A DNA stretch of 64,000 bases from Oligoflexales bacterium (GTDB lineage: Bacteria; Bdellovibrionota_B; Oligoflexia; Oligoflexales; JAPPIL01). The stretch is from positions 1,376,001 to 1,440,000 of the forward strand of contig OZ244057.1 of assembly GCA_965215515.1 (NCBI GenBank). Reading direction: 5' to 3'. Position 1 is the stretch's first letter. The number at the start of each line of letters is the position of its first letter. Position numbers and translations under genes: made by a program. Under the pieces are notes generated by a model that was not told where the DNA came from, did not search any database, and saw nothing but the letters and a program-made list of their open reading frames with translations. Below are positions 1-9,878 of this stretch, one piece after another.

Positions 1-78
1 AGGTAAAGGTTAGCGAAGAAACAGCCGACGGGGCTACGGCTAGGGTGTGGGTGGCATCCCTGACAAACGCGAGAGGAC

Positions 79-1554
79 GTGATGAGGTGGGGAGCTAATA
101 AAAATATGTTAAGACAAGGAATTATGGCGGTGGCGGTAGTCAGTTGCGTTCCCAGTGCAGACGATACGCAGGCAAAATTCATCACTATTGCACAGGTGCG
201 CAATGGTGCGGCGGTGGGAGGCACGAGGGACACAGGTGATGGTTTTTTAATCAGTAAGCTGGGTCTTAGGAGGTGGAAAATTTTTTACGGTTTTGAGGAC
301 AACAATAATTGTGATGGTATTATTGATGAAGAGTTTGAGCGTAAGTTAAAGAACACGATATCGCGATCGCTACGGGCGTGGGTATCTCCTCTCTCTGAAG
401 TCATCGTCGACGGAAATCCAATCGGTGTACCTCAGCTTAGATATGTCAAAAGAAGTACCGAGGCTACGGATGAAGACGTGGTTGGGAATAAAGCGATACA
501 CCGCATGATATTCAAAAACGGAGAAGAGCTTAAGCCTACGGCAATGGCAGTTATATTTTACTGCCGACGAGGTAGATCTTTTGCTAGACGGCCTTACATA
601 CATGGTCACTACTTTACACGTGTACACATGTTTCTAGGGAAGTTTGACGAACCATATTTGCGAGACACAAAACAATATCCTGACGGCAAGATTGCGCTGC
701 TCAGAAGGAACTACCTGAGGCCGTTTGAGGAGGAAACTGACGAAGGTGTGTTTACCTCTTACTCGCAGGCCGTTTTACATCACGAGATCGGACATGTCTT
801 TGGACTAGCTGACACCTTTGTCGACCTTGACAGAAGACCCTCCGATAACACGGGGGGCTCGCAAGATACGGTGGGAGAACAGCCGATCTCGGTGATGAGT
901 CATAGCCGTATCACTGCTCTCGACGATGAAGGCGAGTTTGTGCTCACCGCAGATGATCGTGAAGGGATAAAATGGCTCTATCGTTACTATACTAAAAACG
1001 ATGAAGGCAGTTATGGAGTTGAGCTGCGTGATTGCCCTGCGGGATTTTTGCACGAGTCTAGCACAGGAGGTTGTGCTCCAGAAAATATTATCCTTTTTGA
1101 GCTTGAACATGGCACTGCAAGCAGCATCGAAGAGTTGATGTATGAAATCCAGGCAGAGGATCTCTTATTCTCTGCCATTAGAGGTGGAAATTTGCTAGCA
1201 CTCAATAATTTATTGAGGGAAATGAAGGAAAAATATAGCCCCGAGCAGCTAAGAGAAATCATAACTAGGAGTAATAGTTATCGCATTACGCCTTTGCACG
1301 AAGCCGCGTGGTATGGACATGCCGAGGTGGTAGCACTACTCCCCGCCCATCTCGACATGGCGGTGAATGAAAAGAGTGCATTCGGGCATACGGCTCTGAT
1401 GTTCGCTGCCATGCATGGACATGCCGAGGTGGTAGCACTGCTCCTCACCCATCCCAACATAGCGGTAAGTGAGGAGGATACACAAGGACGTACGGCTCTG
1501 ATGTTCGCCCTAAGGGGAGGGCATACGGAGGTGGTAGAGCTGTTGCGTGAATAA
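79..1554 (+). CDS. Putative lipoprotein: metzincin-like zinc metalloprotease with C-terminal ankyrin repeats
   Basis: Hydrophobic N-terminus ending VVSC; HEIGHVFGLAD zinc motif followed by Met-turn-like ISVMSH; C-terminal TPLHEAAWYGHAEVVALL / TALMFAAMHGHAEVVALLL / TALMFALRGGHTEVVELL repeats. Start may be ATG 106. Confidence 0.85.
   Translation: MMRWGANKNMLRQGIMAVAVVSCVPSADDTQAKFITIAQVRNGAAVGGTRDTGDGFLISKLGLRRWKIFYGFEDNNNCDGIIDEEFERKLKNTISRSLRAWVSPLSEVIVDGNPIGVPQLRYVKRSTEATDEDVVGNKAIHRMIFKNGEELKPTAMAVIFYCRRGRSFARRPYIHGHYFTRVHMFLGKFDEPYLRDTKQYPDGKIALLRRNYLRPFEEETDEGVFTSYSQAVLHHEIGHVFGLADTFVDLDRRPSDNTGGSQDTVGEQPISVMSHSRITALDDEGEFVLTADDREGIKWLYRYYTKNDEGSYGVELRDCPAGFLHESSTGGCAPENIILFELEHGTASSIEELMYEIQAEDLLFSAIRGGNLLALNNLLREMKEKYSPEQLREIITRSNSYRITPLHEAAWYGHAEVVALLPAHLDMAVNEKSAFGHTALMFAAMHGHAEVVALLLTHPNIAVSEEDTQGRTALMFALRGGHTEVVELLRE
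1288..1545 (+). repeat. Ankyrin-coding tandem repeat, 102-bp period
   Basis: atggacatgccgaggtggtagcact recurs 102 nt apart (about 1313 and 1415), with a degenerate third copy near 1517. Confidence 0.85.
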
Positions 1555-1561
1555 TTGGGGG

Positions 1562-2716
1562 CTATTGCCACACAGGGGCAATCTTGTGCACGGTACGGTT
1601 GAGGCCGACAACGAACACGGGTTTGATGGCGTTGCGGTAACGGTCGATAGATATGCTGCCGACCAGACCGAGAAAATTGCGCGTGCCTGCCAGGTTGTTG
1701 CGCAGCGGGTAGGTGCGGGTCGAGCGTGCCCGTTGCACGGCATCGATCAACAGTGCGAGCGCATCGTATGCCATCGCCGCGAACTCACTCGGCTCACGCT
1801 GGTTTTGCAGCTTAAAGCGGGTGGTGAACTTAGCCGCAGCCAGCTGTGTATCGTCAGAAGAGAAATGAGTAGCGAAGAAATGGGTGTTTTTATTATCCCC
1901 AGCAACAGGGCTGTCTCGGTCATGCCAATCGCCAATACCGAGAAAGGTAGCGGTCATGCGCAAACGCCGCGCCTGTGCAATGATACGCTGTGCCACCTGT
2001 CGTGACGAAGGCAACAACACCACCTGAGGAGATTGCGCCGCCAGCTTGCGGAGCACTGCCCTGCTGGTTTTGTGGTTGAAAGTCAACTGTTCTATCACCG
2101 TGCCACCGTGACTCTGAAAATAGCGCCGAAATTGCGCAGCTACCGTCTCCACATGCGTAAAACCCTCCTCCAGCAAGATAGCCGCACGCCGCTTGTTTAG
2201 GTTATCGAGAGCGAAACGAGCTAACACAGTGCCCTGATAGTCACTGGTAACACAACTGCGAAAAATATATGGGCCGATTCTGGTGATTGAGGACGCAGTC
2301 GAAATAGGCACGATATGCAGACGCTGATGTTGTTGAGCGATTTTGGCAATAGCTAACGTTGCAGCACCGCTCAGCGCACCGATCAAGGCGTGGACATGAT
2401 GTTCTTTGCTCAGACTCGTCGCCAAATCCGCCGCGACCTTCGCACTCGAGCCACTATCTCTAATGAGCAACTCCACCGCAGTGCGCACCGCACCGCGGTT
2501 ATGCAACTCCTGCGCCGCAGCGATCTTCAGCCCCGCAACAGCATCGCTGCCATATGCAGCGAGAGAACCAGATAACGGAAAAATCACACCCACTTTCAAT
2601 CGCCCCACATCCTTCGCGACAAGCGGCGCGGCCGAAAATAGAACAACAACCACGAGCACCCTCAGGATGATAAGCCTCGCGACATACATCACCTGTCTTC
2701 CTCTCCACAAAACCAC
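1562..2716 (-). CDS. Branched-chain amino acid ABC transporter substrate-binding protein (LivJ/LivK family)
   Basis: Signal peptide, KVGVIFPLSGSLAAYG, ITRIGPYIFRSC, AAMAYDA, NFLGLVGSISID. Start probably ATG 2689. Confidence 0.9.
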   Translation of the reverse strand: MVLWRGRQVMYVARLIILRVLVVVVLFSAAPLVAKDVGRLKVGVIFPLSGSLAAYGSDAVAGLKIAAAQELHNRGAVRTAVELLIRDSGSSAKVAADLATSLSKEHHVHALIGALSGAATLAIAKIAQQHQRLHIVPISTASSITRIGPYIFRSCVTSDYQGTVLARFALDNLNKRRAAILLEEGFTHVETVAAQFRRYFQSHGGTVIEQLTFNHKTSRAVLRKLAAQSPQVVLLPSSRQVAQRIIAQARRLRMTATFLGIGDWHDRDSPVAGDNKNTHFFATHFSSDDTQLAAAKFTTRFKLQNQREPSEFAAMAYDALALLIDAVQRARSTRTYPLRNNLAGTRNFLGLVGSISIDRYRNAIKPVFVVGLNRTVHKIAPVWQ

Positions 2717-2749
2717 ACTGTCCTTGTAATTTTACGCCGTCACGCGCAA

Positions 2750-3400
2750 CTAAGCAAGGGCACGTTCAATCGTCCTCGGCGACAATGCCCACGGCGGGGT
2801 GGGTTGGCACAAGGGGTTGATGCCGCAGCGGCGCAAGCTGTGCAGCAAGGGTAAGCGTGGCAGCGCGGCGATACTGTCCTCCGTGCCATCGATGTGGACG
2901 AAGAGATTGACCCCCGCATCTTCGTAGCGGTAACAGCCGACGGTAGCCGACCACTCACCGCGATCGAGGTAACCGTCGATCTCGTTCTCCGTCAGCGGGC
3001 GCATCAGCAGTTTTGCTGTCACCACTTGAGTGTGCAGCAAGGGAGGCGTGTGGGTGTGGTAGTAAAGACAAAAAGCGGAGTGCAAGGTGTGCTCACGTCC
3101 GCGCAGCAGGCGTAGGTGTTCACGCGCCTGCAGGGCATCGGTGGCTTTGTTAAGCATCTCACCGTCGAGGTCGAGTACCTGATCGCAACCGATAACCAGT
3201 GCTGTCGGGTGTGTCTCCCCTACCGCGCAGGCTTTTGCTGCAGCACGCTGTTGTGCTGTTGCCCTCGGGGTGGGAGGGGTGATGTCGTTTTCCGCGACTC
3301 CCGAGACGACCGCATCAAACTGCACGCCCGTTGCTTTTAACAGCTCACGCCGATAAGGTGAGGCGGAGGCGAGGATGAGTTTCTCAATCAACACGGACAC
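2750..3400 (-). CDS. maf: Maf family nucleotide pyrophosphatase (YceF-like signature)
   Basis: LILASASPYRRELL, IGCDQV, VGCYRYE. Start placed at GTG 3400. Confidence 0.9.
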   Translation of the reverse strand: MSVLIEKLILASASPYRRELLKATGVQFDAVVSGVAENDITPPTPRATAQQRAAAKACAVGETHPTALVIGCDQVLDLDGEMLNKATDALQAREHLRLLRGREHTLHSAFCLYYHTHTPPLLHTQVVTAKLLMRPLTENEIDGYLDRGEWSATVGCYRYEDAGVNLFVHIDGTEDSIAALPRLPLLHSLRRCGINPLCQPTPPWALSPRTIERALA

Positions 3401-3509
3401 GTTCCCCCAGTGACACAGGACTTCCAGCGTTCCACCCCTAACAAAGATTCCCCTCCTCCGCAACCGCACACAGGGTCGGCACTACCACGCGGCGGTGGGA
3501 GCGGTGGAC

Positions 3510-4364
3510 ATGAGTGATGAACTCGACAAATTGCGGCAAGAAATCGCCGCTATCGATGCACGTTTGCTCGCACTCATCGCCGCACGTTTGCGGCTTGCCC
3601 GTCGCGTGGGGCAACACAAACACCAGCAGCACATCGCCATAACTGACGGTGTGGTCGAGGAGCTCATTCTGCAACAGAACCTGCACACAGGACACGCTTT
3701 GCAGTTGCCTGCCTCGCTCGTGCGTAGTCTTACCGCACTGCTTATCACGTATGCCACTCGTGCCCAGCAAGAAGAGGGTGTGTTGTCTGCACAGGGCGGA
3801 AAACTTGCTAAAAAAAATCTCCGCACCGAGCTACGTCGTGCCCGCGACGCGCTTTCGCCCGCGCTGCGACAACAGTACAGCCAGGCCATCTGCGCTGCAC
3901 TGGCAGGAGATTGCCAGTGTGCAGCTTTTCCGCAGGTTTTTTTCTACGCCGCCATCAACTCCGAGCCCGATCTCACTGCGCTGGCCGCACGGTGGTCGGC
4001 GACAAAAAAACTCGCCCTGCCTGTCGTTACAGGCAGTAGACTTGTTTTTTGTCGTTGGCACATAGACGATGAGTTGGTGCGGGGCGAGTGCGGTATACCT
4101 ATCCCCCCCACTCGATACGTGCTCACCCCTACTGCCGACACGCTCGTGTTGCTGCCGTGCGTCGCACTCGATCACTACGGTAACCGTCTCGGCTACGGTG
4201 GCGGCCACTACGACCGCTTCCTCGCCGCGCACCCCGCCGTGTGCACGGTAGGGGTGTGCTATCGACGTTTTTTGTCAGCAAGCAGGCTGCCGACGTGTTC
4301 TCACGATCACCGTCTGCGTTACCTCGTGACCGAAACAGGGCTGCGCCGCGCTAAAATTGTTTAG
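3510..4364 (+). CDS. Fusion of chorismate mutase (AroQ/type II) and 5-formyltetrahydrofolate cyclo-ligase
   Basis: N-terminal LDKLRQEIAAIDARLLALIAAR...VGQHK; C-terminal KKNLRTELR, SEPD, GNRLGYGGGHYDRFL, HDHRLRYLVTE; single uninterrupted ORF. Confidence 0.85.
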   Translation: MSDELDKLRQEIAAIDARLLALIAARLRLARRVGQHKHQQHIAITDGVVEELILQQNLHTGHALQLPASLVRSLTALLITYATRAQQEEGVLSAQGGKLAKKNLRTELRRARDALSPALRQQYSQAICAALAGDCQCAAFPQVFFYAAINSEPDLTALAARWSATKKLALPVVTGSRLVFCRWHIDDELVRGECGIPIPPTRYVLTPTADTLVLLPCVALDHYGNRLGYGGGHYDRFLAAHPAVCTVGVCYRRFLSASRLPTCSHDHRLRYLVTETGLRRAKIV

Positions 4365-4385
4365 AGCCGCACGATGGATGGGTTT

Positions 4386-6188
4386 TCACCAGCTGACAAA
4401 GTGTGGCCACAGTGCGAGGACGCTGGTTCTGCCGTTCGCCAACAGGCGAAGGTAGCGGTGCAGTCTAGCGGGCGGAGGTGATACCTGTACCTCTAGGCAA
4501 CGGGTGATGTCGAAGGTAGCACGCAAGCAGTCCAAGAACCTGCCGTGTCCGTGGTCGTAACGATAAAGCGGGTATTTCTGTGCAGGATCGAGATCCGCGA
4601 GTTCCTTAGCTTTGGCAAAGGCGGCGTTAAGATCGCCGAGGGCATCGACTAACCCTACCGCGGCAGCTTGTTCCCCTGTAAACACGCGCCCGCCCGCCAG
4701 CTGTTCGACCTCGTCCATCTCTAGTTCCCGTCCTGCGGCAACCCGTTCTTTGAAGACGCGGTAAACTTCCTGCAAACTGTGTTGCACGATGCTCTGGTCA
4801 GCATCACTCATCGCGGTACGTAAGTTATAAAGATCCCGCCGCTCGGAAGCGGTAACGAGGTGAAAACTAACCCCGTACTTGTTCTCGAAGCCACCGAGGT
4901 TGGGGATTATACCCACCACACCGATCGATCCCGTGATGGTGGCAGGCTCGGCCAGCAGGTAGCTCCCCCCTGTCGCGAGGTAGTAGCCTCCCGATGCCGC
5001 GACCTCCCCCATCGACACCACGACGGGCTTGCGAGCCGTGAGACGGGTGACTGCCTTCCAGATCAATTCGGAAGCTAGTGCTGACCCGCCAGGACTGTCG
5101 ATCCGCAACACGACTGCTCGCACCTCCTCGTTTGTGCGCATCCACTCCAGTTCAGAGATGATACGCCGCGGCAGCAAGATATCCCACTCGTTGCCCTCCA
5201 TGAGAATCGTCCCCTCCGCCTCGACAAGACCGATCCCTCCGCCATCCTCAACGGCAGCGCGTTCGTCATCCGCCTCCGCCAGATAAACACGATAGGCGAC
5301 GACCTGCCCTTCGTCCTGCTCCTCGCCACGCACCTCCTCCCGTGCGGCCAGCGCGGAGACGACAGCAGCACGATGCCCGATCCCGTCCACCAGACCGAGG
5401 GTCAAAGCACTCTCAGCGGTGAAAATGGAGCGTGCCAGCCAGCCCCTGACTTCGCGCTCCGTACGTCGTCTCCCGTCGGCGATGGTACTGACCAGGTAAC
5501 GGCGCAGACTCTGCTCAAGACTGCCATACATCTCCAGCACGGCACGGCTGGGCTGGTTGCGCACAAACGGTTCGAAAGCCGATTTGTAGTCACCCGTCTG
5601 CACGACCTGCATCCCTATGCCGAGTTTCTTGAGTGCCTGGCCGAAGTAAGTGAGGTGCAGCACGGGGCCAGGAATTTCCACCGTCGTCACGGGGGTGATG
5701 ATGATACGATCAGCGGCACTGGCGAGGAAATAGTGCTGGTTATCACCTGCGCTGAGCAGGCATACGACCTCCTTGTCGCTCGCCGCGACGAAGTCCGCCA
5801 GCAGTGTTCGCAGCACCGCAAAATCGACTAGGTTACCGCGCAGGTTCTCCTGCATGTCTAGGAGCACGGCCTTGATACGGCTGTCGTCACGCGCCAGTGT
5901 CAGTGCTCGTCGCACATCGGAAATCCACGTGTCCTGCACTCCCCAAGCCAAACGCGACCAGAGGAAGCGTTTTCCACCCGTATCCGCGCGCCAACGCCGC
6001 AGTCGTCCCCTGACATCGATGACCAGCACCGCATCCTCGTCCGCAGTCGCCGCGGGGGTAGTGCGAGCAGCGAAATCGAGCTGTGACACCCCGAACAGCA
6101 GTAAGCAGAACAAAAGGGTCGCTACCGCGCCCACCGCGAGCAGATAGGCACGCAGCAGTGCCAGCAATGCCCGTCCGAGCCTCGCCAT
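4386..6188 (-). CDS. sppA: Signal peptide peptidase SppA (long type)
   Basis: N-terminal TM, GDYKSAFEPF, RIDSPGGSALAS, SMGEVAASGGYY, TITGSIGV, GRVFTG. Confidence 0.95.
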   Translation of the reverse strand: MARLGRALLALLRAYLLAVGAVATLLFCLLLFGVSQLDFAARTTPAATADEDAVLVIDVRGRLRRWRADTGGKRFLWSRLAWGVQDTWISDVRRALTLARDDSRIKAVLLDMQENLRGNLVDFAVLRTLLADFVAASDKEVVCLLSAGDNQHYFLASAADRIIITPVTTVEIPGPVLHLTYFGQALKKLGIGMQVVQTGDYKSAFEPFVRNQPSRAVLEMYGSLEQSLRRYLVSTIADGRRRTEREVRGWLARSIFTAESALTLGLVDGIGHRAAVVSALAAREEVRGEEQDEGQVVAYRVYLAEADDERAAVEDGGGIGLVEAEGTILMEGNEWDILLPRRIISELEWMRTNEEVRAVVLRIDSPGGSALASELIWKAVTRLTARKPVVVSMGEVAASGGYYLATGGSYLLAEPATITGSIGVVGIIPNLGGFENKYGVSFHLVTASERRDLYNLRTAMSDADQSIVQHSLQEVYRVFKERVAAGRELEMDEVEQLAGGRVFTGEQAAAVGLVDALGDLNAAFAKAKELADLDPAQKYPLYRYDHGHGRFLDCLRATFDITRCLEVQVSPPPARLHRYLRLLANGRTSVLALWPHFVSW

Positions 6189-6878
6189 CTATGTTTTCTT
6201 TATCTTCAGCAGTTCGATTTCAAAGATCAGTGTTGCATGAGGGCCGATCTTGCCTCCCGCGCCACGTTCTCCGTATCCGAGCTGGGAGGGCACGTAGAGC
6301 ATCCACTTTGAACCGACGGGCATCAGTTGCAAGGCTTCCACCCAGCCTGCGATCACACGGGTGACGGGGAATTCCGCGGGTGTGCCGCGACTCCGTGAAC
6401 TGTCGAATTCCGTGCCGTCGATCAACGTGCCCACGTAATGGGTAACCACCGTATCACCCTTCTGGGGAAGCGCACCCGTGCCCTTCACCAACACCTTGTA
6501 CTGCAAACCGCTCTTCAGGGTAACCACCCCATCCTTCTCAGCATTGGCGGCAAGAAAGGCCTCGCCTGCCTTCTTGTTTTTTTCGCCTAATTTCCCCAAC
6601 TCGGCCCTCTTCTTTTGTTGAAATTTTTCCAGTATACTCGTGATTTCCTTGTCCGTCAGCAACATGCTCTTGTCGCCGCGCAGAGCATGTTCGAATCCCG
6701 CCGCGGCTGCGGGGATATCGATATCGAGCTGTTGCCTGGACAGATTCTGCCCTGTCCGTACGCCGATTGCATAACTCGTCTTGCTCTTGTCGCTCTGTAG
6801 ATTTTTTTTGACAAAGCCTGCCGCGTGGCTGGCGGTCGCGAGCAGCAGACACAGCGCGGTGACGGTGAGATGAAACAT
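6189..6878 (-). CDS. FKBP-type peptidyl-prolyl isomerase (FkpA/Mip type)
   Basis: Signal peptide, SYAIG, SGLQYKVL, HYVGTLIDGTEFDSS, VIAGWVEALQLM, ATLIFEIELL. Confidence 0.95.
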   Translation of the reverse strand: MFHLTVTALCLLLATASHAAGFVKKNLQSDKSKTSYAIGVRTGQNLSRQQLDIDIPAAAAGFEHALRGDKSMLLTDKEITSILEKFQQKKRAELGKLGEKNKKAGEAFLAANAEKDGVVTLKSGLQYKVLVKGTGALPQKGDTVVTHYVGTLIDGTEFDSSRSRGTPAEFPVTRVIAGWVEALQLMPVGSKWMLYVPSQLGYGERGAGGKIGPHATLIFEIELLKIKKT

Positions 6879-6982
6879 GGTAGACTCCCTAGCTTGTAAC
6901 AAACAACATAAAACACCAGCATCTCACAGTTGCTAGGCAAAAGCTAGGGGAGTGTGCGCGCTGCTGGTTTGCGGGTAAAATA

Positions 6983-7180
6983 GTGAGTATGGATAACGAG
7001 GTAGAACTGCAACAGCGCTTTGTAACTTGGCTGGAGAACTGCCGCTTGCAGTTGGCGGTAGCGGACAGCAGAGATCTTCTGCGGGAGGAAATGGTTGCCC
7101 TCGCAGGCCTGCTGGCGATCCCGCGCCGTGTGGCGGGCACGGAGGCGCGGCTACGATCAGGAAAAACAGATGGCGGCTAA
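6983..7180 (+). CDS. Hypothetical protein (65 aa)
   Basis: ORF divergent from the FKBP gene; its stop overlaps the start of the next ORF. Confidence 0.5.
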   Translation: MSMDNEVELQQRFVTWLENCRLQLAVADSRDLLREEMVALAGLLAIPRRVAGTEARLRSGKTDGG

Positions 7181-7625
7181 ACCGCGGGTAGCGACCTCCG
7201 AGTCACGGGTCAATTTCGAGGCATTGTGGCGTTCCTGGCCTGACACGGAGCGGCACGACACACCGACACGCCCGCACTTATTGGGTGAGGAGCGAACACG
7301 TAAGCTGTTCGCTGACCGCCGCTATTTTCCCAACGTCATCGCCCGCCTCAGCAACGACCTGCCGCATCGCAGTGGGCGCAAGAGAGATGGAGGGCAAGCG
7401 CGGCTGACACGATCACCGCGCGGACGCAGCCGCCGCCAGCAGATCGCCGCCGAATTGGGGTTGGTCTTCTCTACCTGTACGCTGGCACAGGCACGGCGGG
7501 TCATCGCAGATTGCAACAGACTTGAAAAGCAAGCCCTCTTGGATGCTTTTTTCGGTTTACGGCATTGGCGCAACAGCAGGCTCGGGCAAGAGATCGCTCC
7601 CGTGTTGCACAGGAGCGGATTGTGA
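7170..7625 (+). CDS. Hypothetical protein
   Basis: ATG 7170 after an agga motif; overlaps both neighbouring ORFs; protein-like composition. Confidence 0.6.
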   Translation: MAAKPRVATSESRVNFEALWRSWPDTERHDTPTRPHLLGEERTRKLFADRRYFPNVIARLSNDLPHRSGRKRDGGQARLTRSPRGRSRRQQIAAELGLVFSTCTLAQARRVIADCNRLEKQALLDAFFGLRHWRNSRLGQEIAPVLHRSGL

Positions 7626-7855
7626 GTAGAACAGCTAGCGACAACACCTCTACCCTGCGCGCACCACGAGCAACTCGTCGGCAACGGAGCAGTTTGTTAA
7701 CCAGCCTGCGCAAACAACCAGACACACGGGCGGCACTACGTCAGGAACAGGCGAGGCTGCGGAAACAAGCACAACGCTTGCGTCACCATCGGCTCTGGCT
7801 ACAGCTACAGACTGACCTCGATCGTGTGCTACGCGACGGGCATGCGCAGAGCTAA
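7622..7855 (+). CDS. Hypothetical basic coiled-coil protein
   Basis: GTGA overlap with the upstream stop; Arg/Gln-rich helical sequence. Confidence 0.5.
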   Translation: MSRTASDNTSTLRAPRATRRQRSSLLTSLRKQPDTRAALRQEQARLRKQAQRLRHHRLWLQLQTDLDRVLRDGHAQS

Positions 7856-7950
7856 CCACACATCGAGCCACCTCCTTCCTCGCGATGGGAAGAAAAAACT
7901 CACAGAGTAGGCAATACTGGTGAGTGTGGCAAAAGCCGCCGCGTTAAGCT

Positions 7951-9783
7951 ATGCTCATGAGCAGCGGGGGGGGGCGTGTGAATTCCATCCATCTATTGCC
8001 TGAGACACTGATCAACAAAATTAAAGCAGGGGAGATGATCGCACGCCCTGCGAACGCCCTCAAGGAGTTGTTGGAGAACGCCATCGATGCGGGTGCGACA
8101 CGTATCACGATTGCACTGGAGAAAGGTGGCAGCACAGAGATCGTTGTCAGCGATAACGGCGCGGGTATCGCCCCCGACGATGTGCCACTGGCCATCAAAC
8201 GTCATGCGACGAGCAAAATAAACTGCGCTGCTGACTTGGAAGCTCTGCACTCACTGGGGTTTCGCGGCGAGGCACTGGCCTCCATCGCCGAAGTCTCCCG
8301 CTTTACCCTGACCAGTGCCACCGCCACGGCAAAGATAGGTGCACGCCTGACCTATGACGGTAACACCGACGTGATGCCGTGGACCTGCACCACAGGAACA
8401 AGCGTTAGCGTCAAAGATATTTTTTACAACGTTCCCGCACGACGTAAATTTTTAAAAAATCCCGCCACCGAATACGCCCACTGCCACACCTGTGTACAGG
8501 CACTGGCAATCAGCCACCCACAGATCGAGTTCATCATGCGACACAACAACAAAGAACAACTACGCGTCGCGGCCATACCACAAGCGAAAGGTGAGGAAGC
8601 CTTGCGCTTGCGTGCTGCAGCACTGTTCGGCAAAGAGAACATCTCCCCCCTGCTGTACGCACAGGATAAGAACGAGATGGCAGAGGTGGCACTGCTGTTT
8701 TCACCGCCAGGCCACGATCGTGCCCATAATCGCCATATCTTCACCTTCGTCAACGCACGTTGGGTAAAAAGCACAACGCTCAGGTATGCTATCTTACGCG
8801 GTTACCACAGCCATCTGCTGAAAGGACGTTACCCGCTGGTGCTGGCCTACTTGCAGGTGCCCCCATCGCTGCTCGATGTCAACGTGCATCCGATGAAGCA
8901 CGAGGTGCGTTTCCAATACGACAAGGATGTGCAGGAGCTGCTGGCTATAAACTTGCGCCGCCAACTGCGCACACCGACTTGGAGTACCACTCCCACTCCA
9001 CACCTGACCACCTCACCGCTGTCCGTTGCCTCGCCTCCACCCGCAGCCGCGAGTTTCACCGCCACCCCGCGCCCAACTCCCCCGCACCCTCCTACCACCA
9101 CCGCAGGGCGAGCAGCGCGGGTCTTCTACCCGCCCTCCCGCAGCACCGACACTAGCGCTGCTGCCGCAAAAAGCGGCACTCAGCCACCTGCAGGACAACT
9201 CGACTGGGCGACACTGATTTACATCGGCACGGCGGCACGCTGCTACCTACTGTTCGAAGATCGACAACGAAACCTAATCGTCATCGACCAACACGCCTTC
9301 CACGAGCGCATCATCTTCGAACAACTACAAGCCGAGCCACAGAAATTGACCCGTGGACAGCAACTGACCATCGCCGCAGCTTTAGCACTGACCGCCACCG
9401 AGGTCGCGGTCGTCAAGGCACGACAAGCAGAGTTTGACCGACTCGGCTTCACACTGGAAGCAGTAAGCGAGTGCGACGTACTGCTGCGAGGCGTGCCCGC
9501 CCTGCTACAACAACGAGATTACATCGGTGCAGTGCAGGCATTACTGGCGTTAGCACAACAGGATGCCACCCCATGGTTCGGGGAGTCCCTGTTGCACGAT
9601 GTCGTTGCCACACTCGCCTGTCGTGCCGCGGTCAAAGCGGGCGACCTGCTGGAAACACCACGCCTGCAACAGCTGCTCGTCGCCGCCCGCGGCGTGGATT
9701 TTTACCACAACTGCCCACACGGGCGGCGCGTCATACGCATTTTCACCCCCCCACAAGTCGGTAGCTGGTTCGATAGATTTTAA
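7951..9783 (+). CDS. mutL: DNA mismatch repair protein MutL
   Basis: KELLENAIDAGA, DNGAGI, RHATSKI, SLGFRGEALASI, DVNVHP; endonuclease motifs DQHAFHER, ACR, CPHGR. Start may be GTG 7978. Confidence 0.97.
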   Translation: MLMSSGGGRVNSIHLLPETLINKIKAGEMIARPANALKELLENAIDAGATRITIALEKGGSTEIVVSDNGAGIAPDDVPLAIKRHATSKINCAADLEALHSLGFRGEALASIAEVSRFTLTSATATAKIGARLTYDGNTDVMPWTCTTGTSVSVKDIFYNVPARRKFLKNPATEYAHCHTCVQALAISHPQIEFIMRHNNKEQLRVAAIPQAKGEEALRLRAAALFGKENISPLLYAQDKNEMAEVALLFSPPGHDRAHNRHIFTFVNARWVKSTTLRYAILRGYHSHLLKGRYPLVLAYLQVPPSLLDVNVHPMKHEVRFQYDKDVQELLAINLRRQLRTPTWSTTPTPHLTTSPLSVASPPPAAASFTATPRPTPPHPPTTTAGRAARVFYPPSRSTDTSAAAAKSGTQPPAGQLDWATLIYIGTAARCYLLFEDRQRNLIVIDQHAFHERIIFEQLQAEPQKLTRGQQLTIAAALALTATEVAVVKARQAEFDRLGFTLEAVSECDVLLRGVPALLQQRDYIGAVQALLALAQQDATPWFGESLLHDVVATLACRAAVKAGDLLETPRLQQLLVAARGVDFYHNCPHGRRVIRIFTPPQVGSWFDRF

Positions 9784-9878
9784 GAAGGACAGTGATAGTA
9801 AATTTACCGCGCATAACTGGAATGTGGCTAGTGAGTGTGGTAGCATCTAAGCTGGATGTGATTAACATTGAGACACGA

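Noticed and set aside
3400..3510. 6S RNA, often found upstream of 5-formyl-THF cyclo-ligase genes
   Set aside because: The gap is only about 110 bp and shows no long hairpin.
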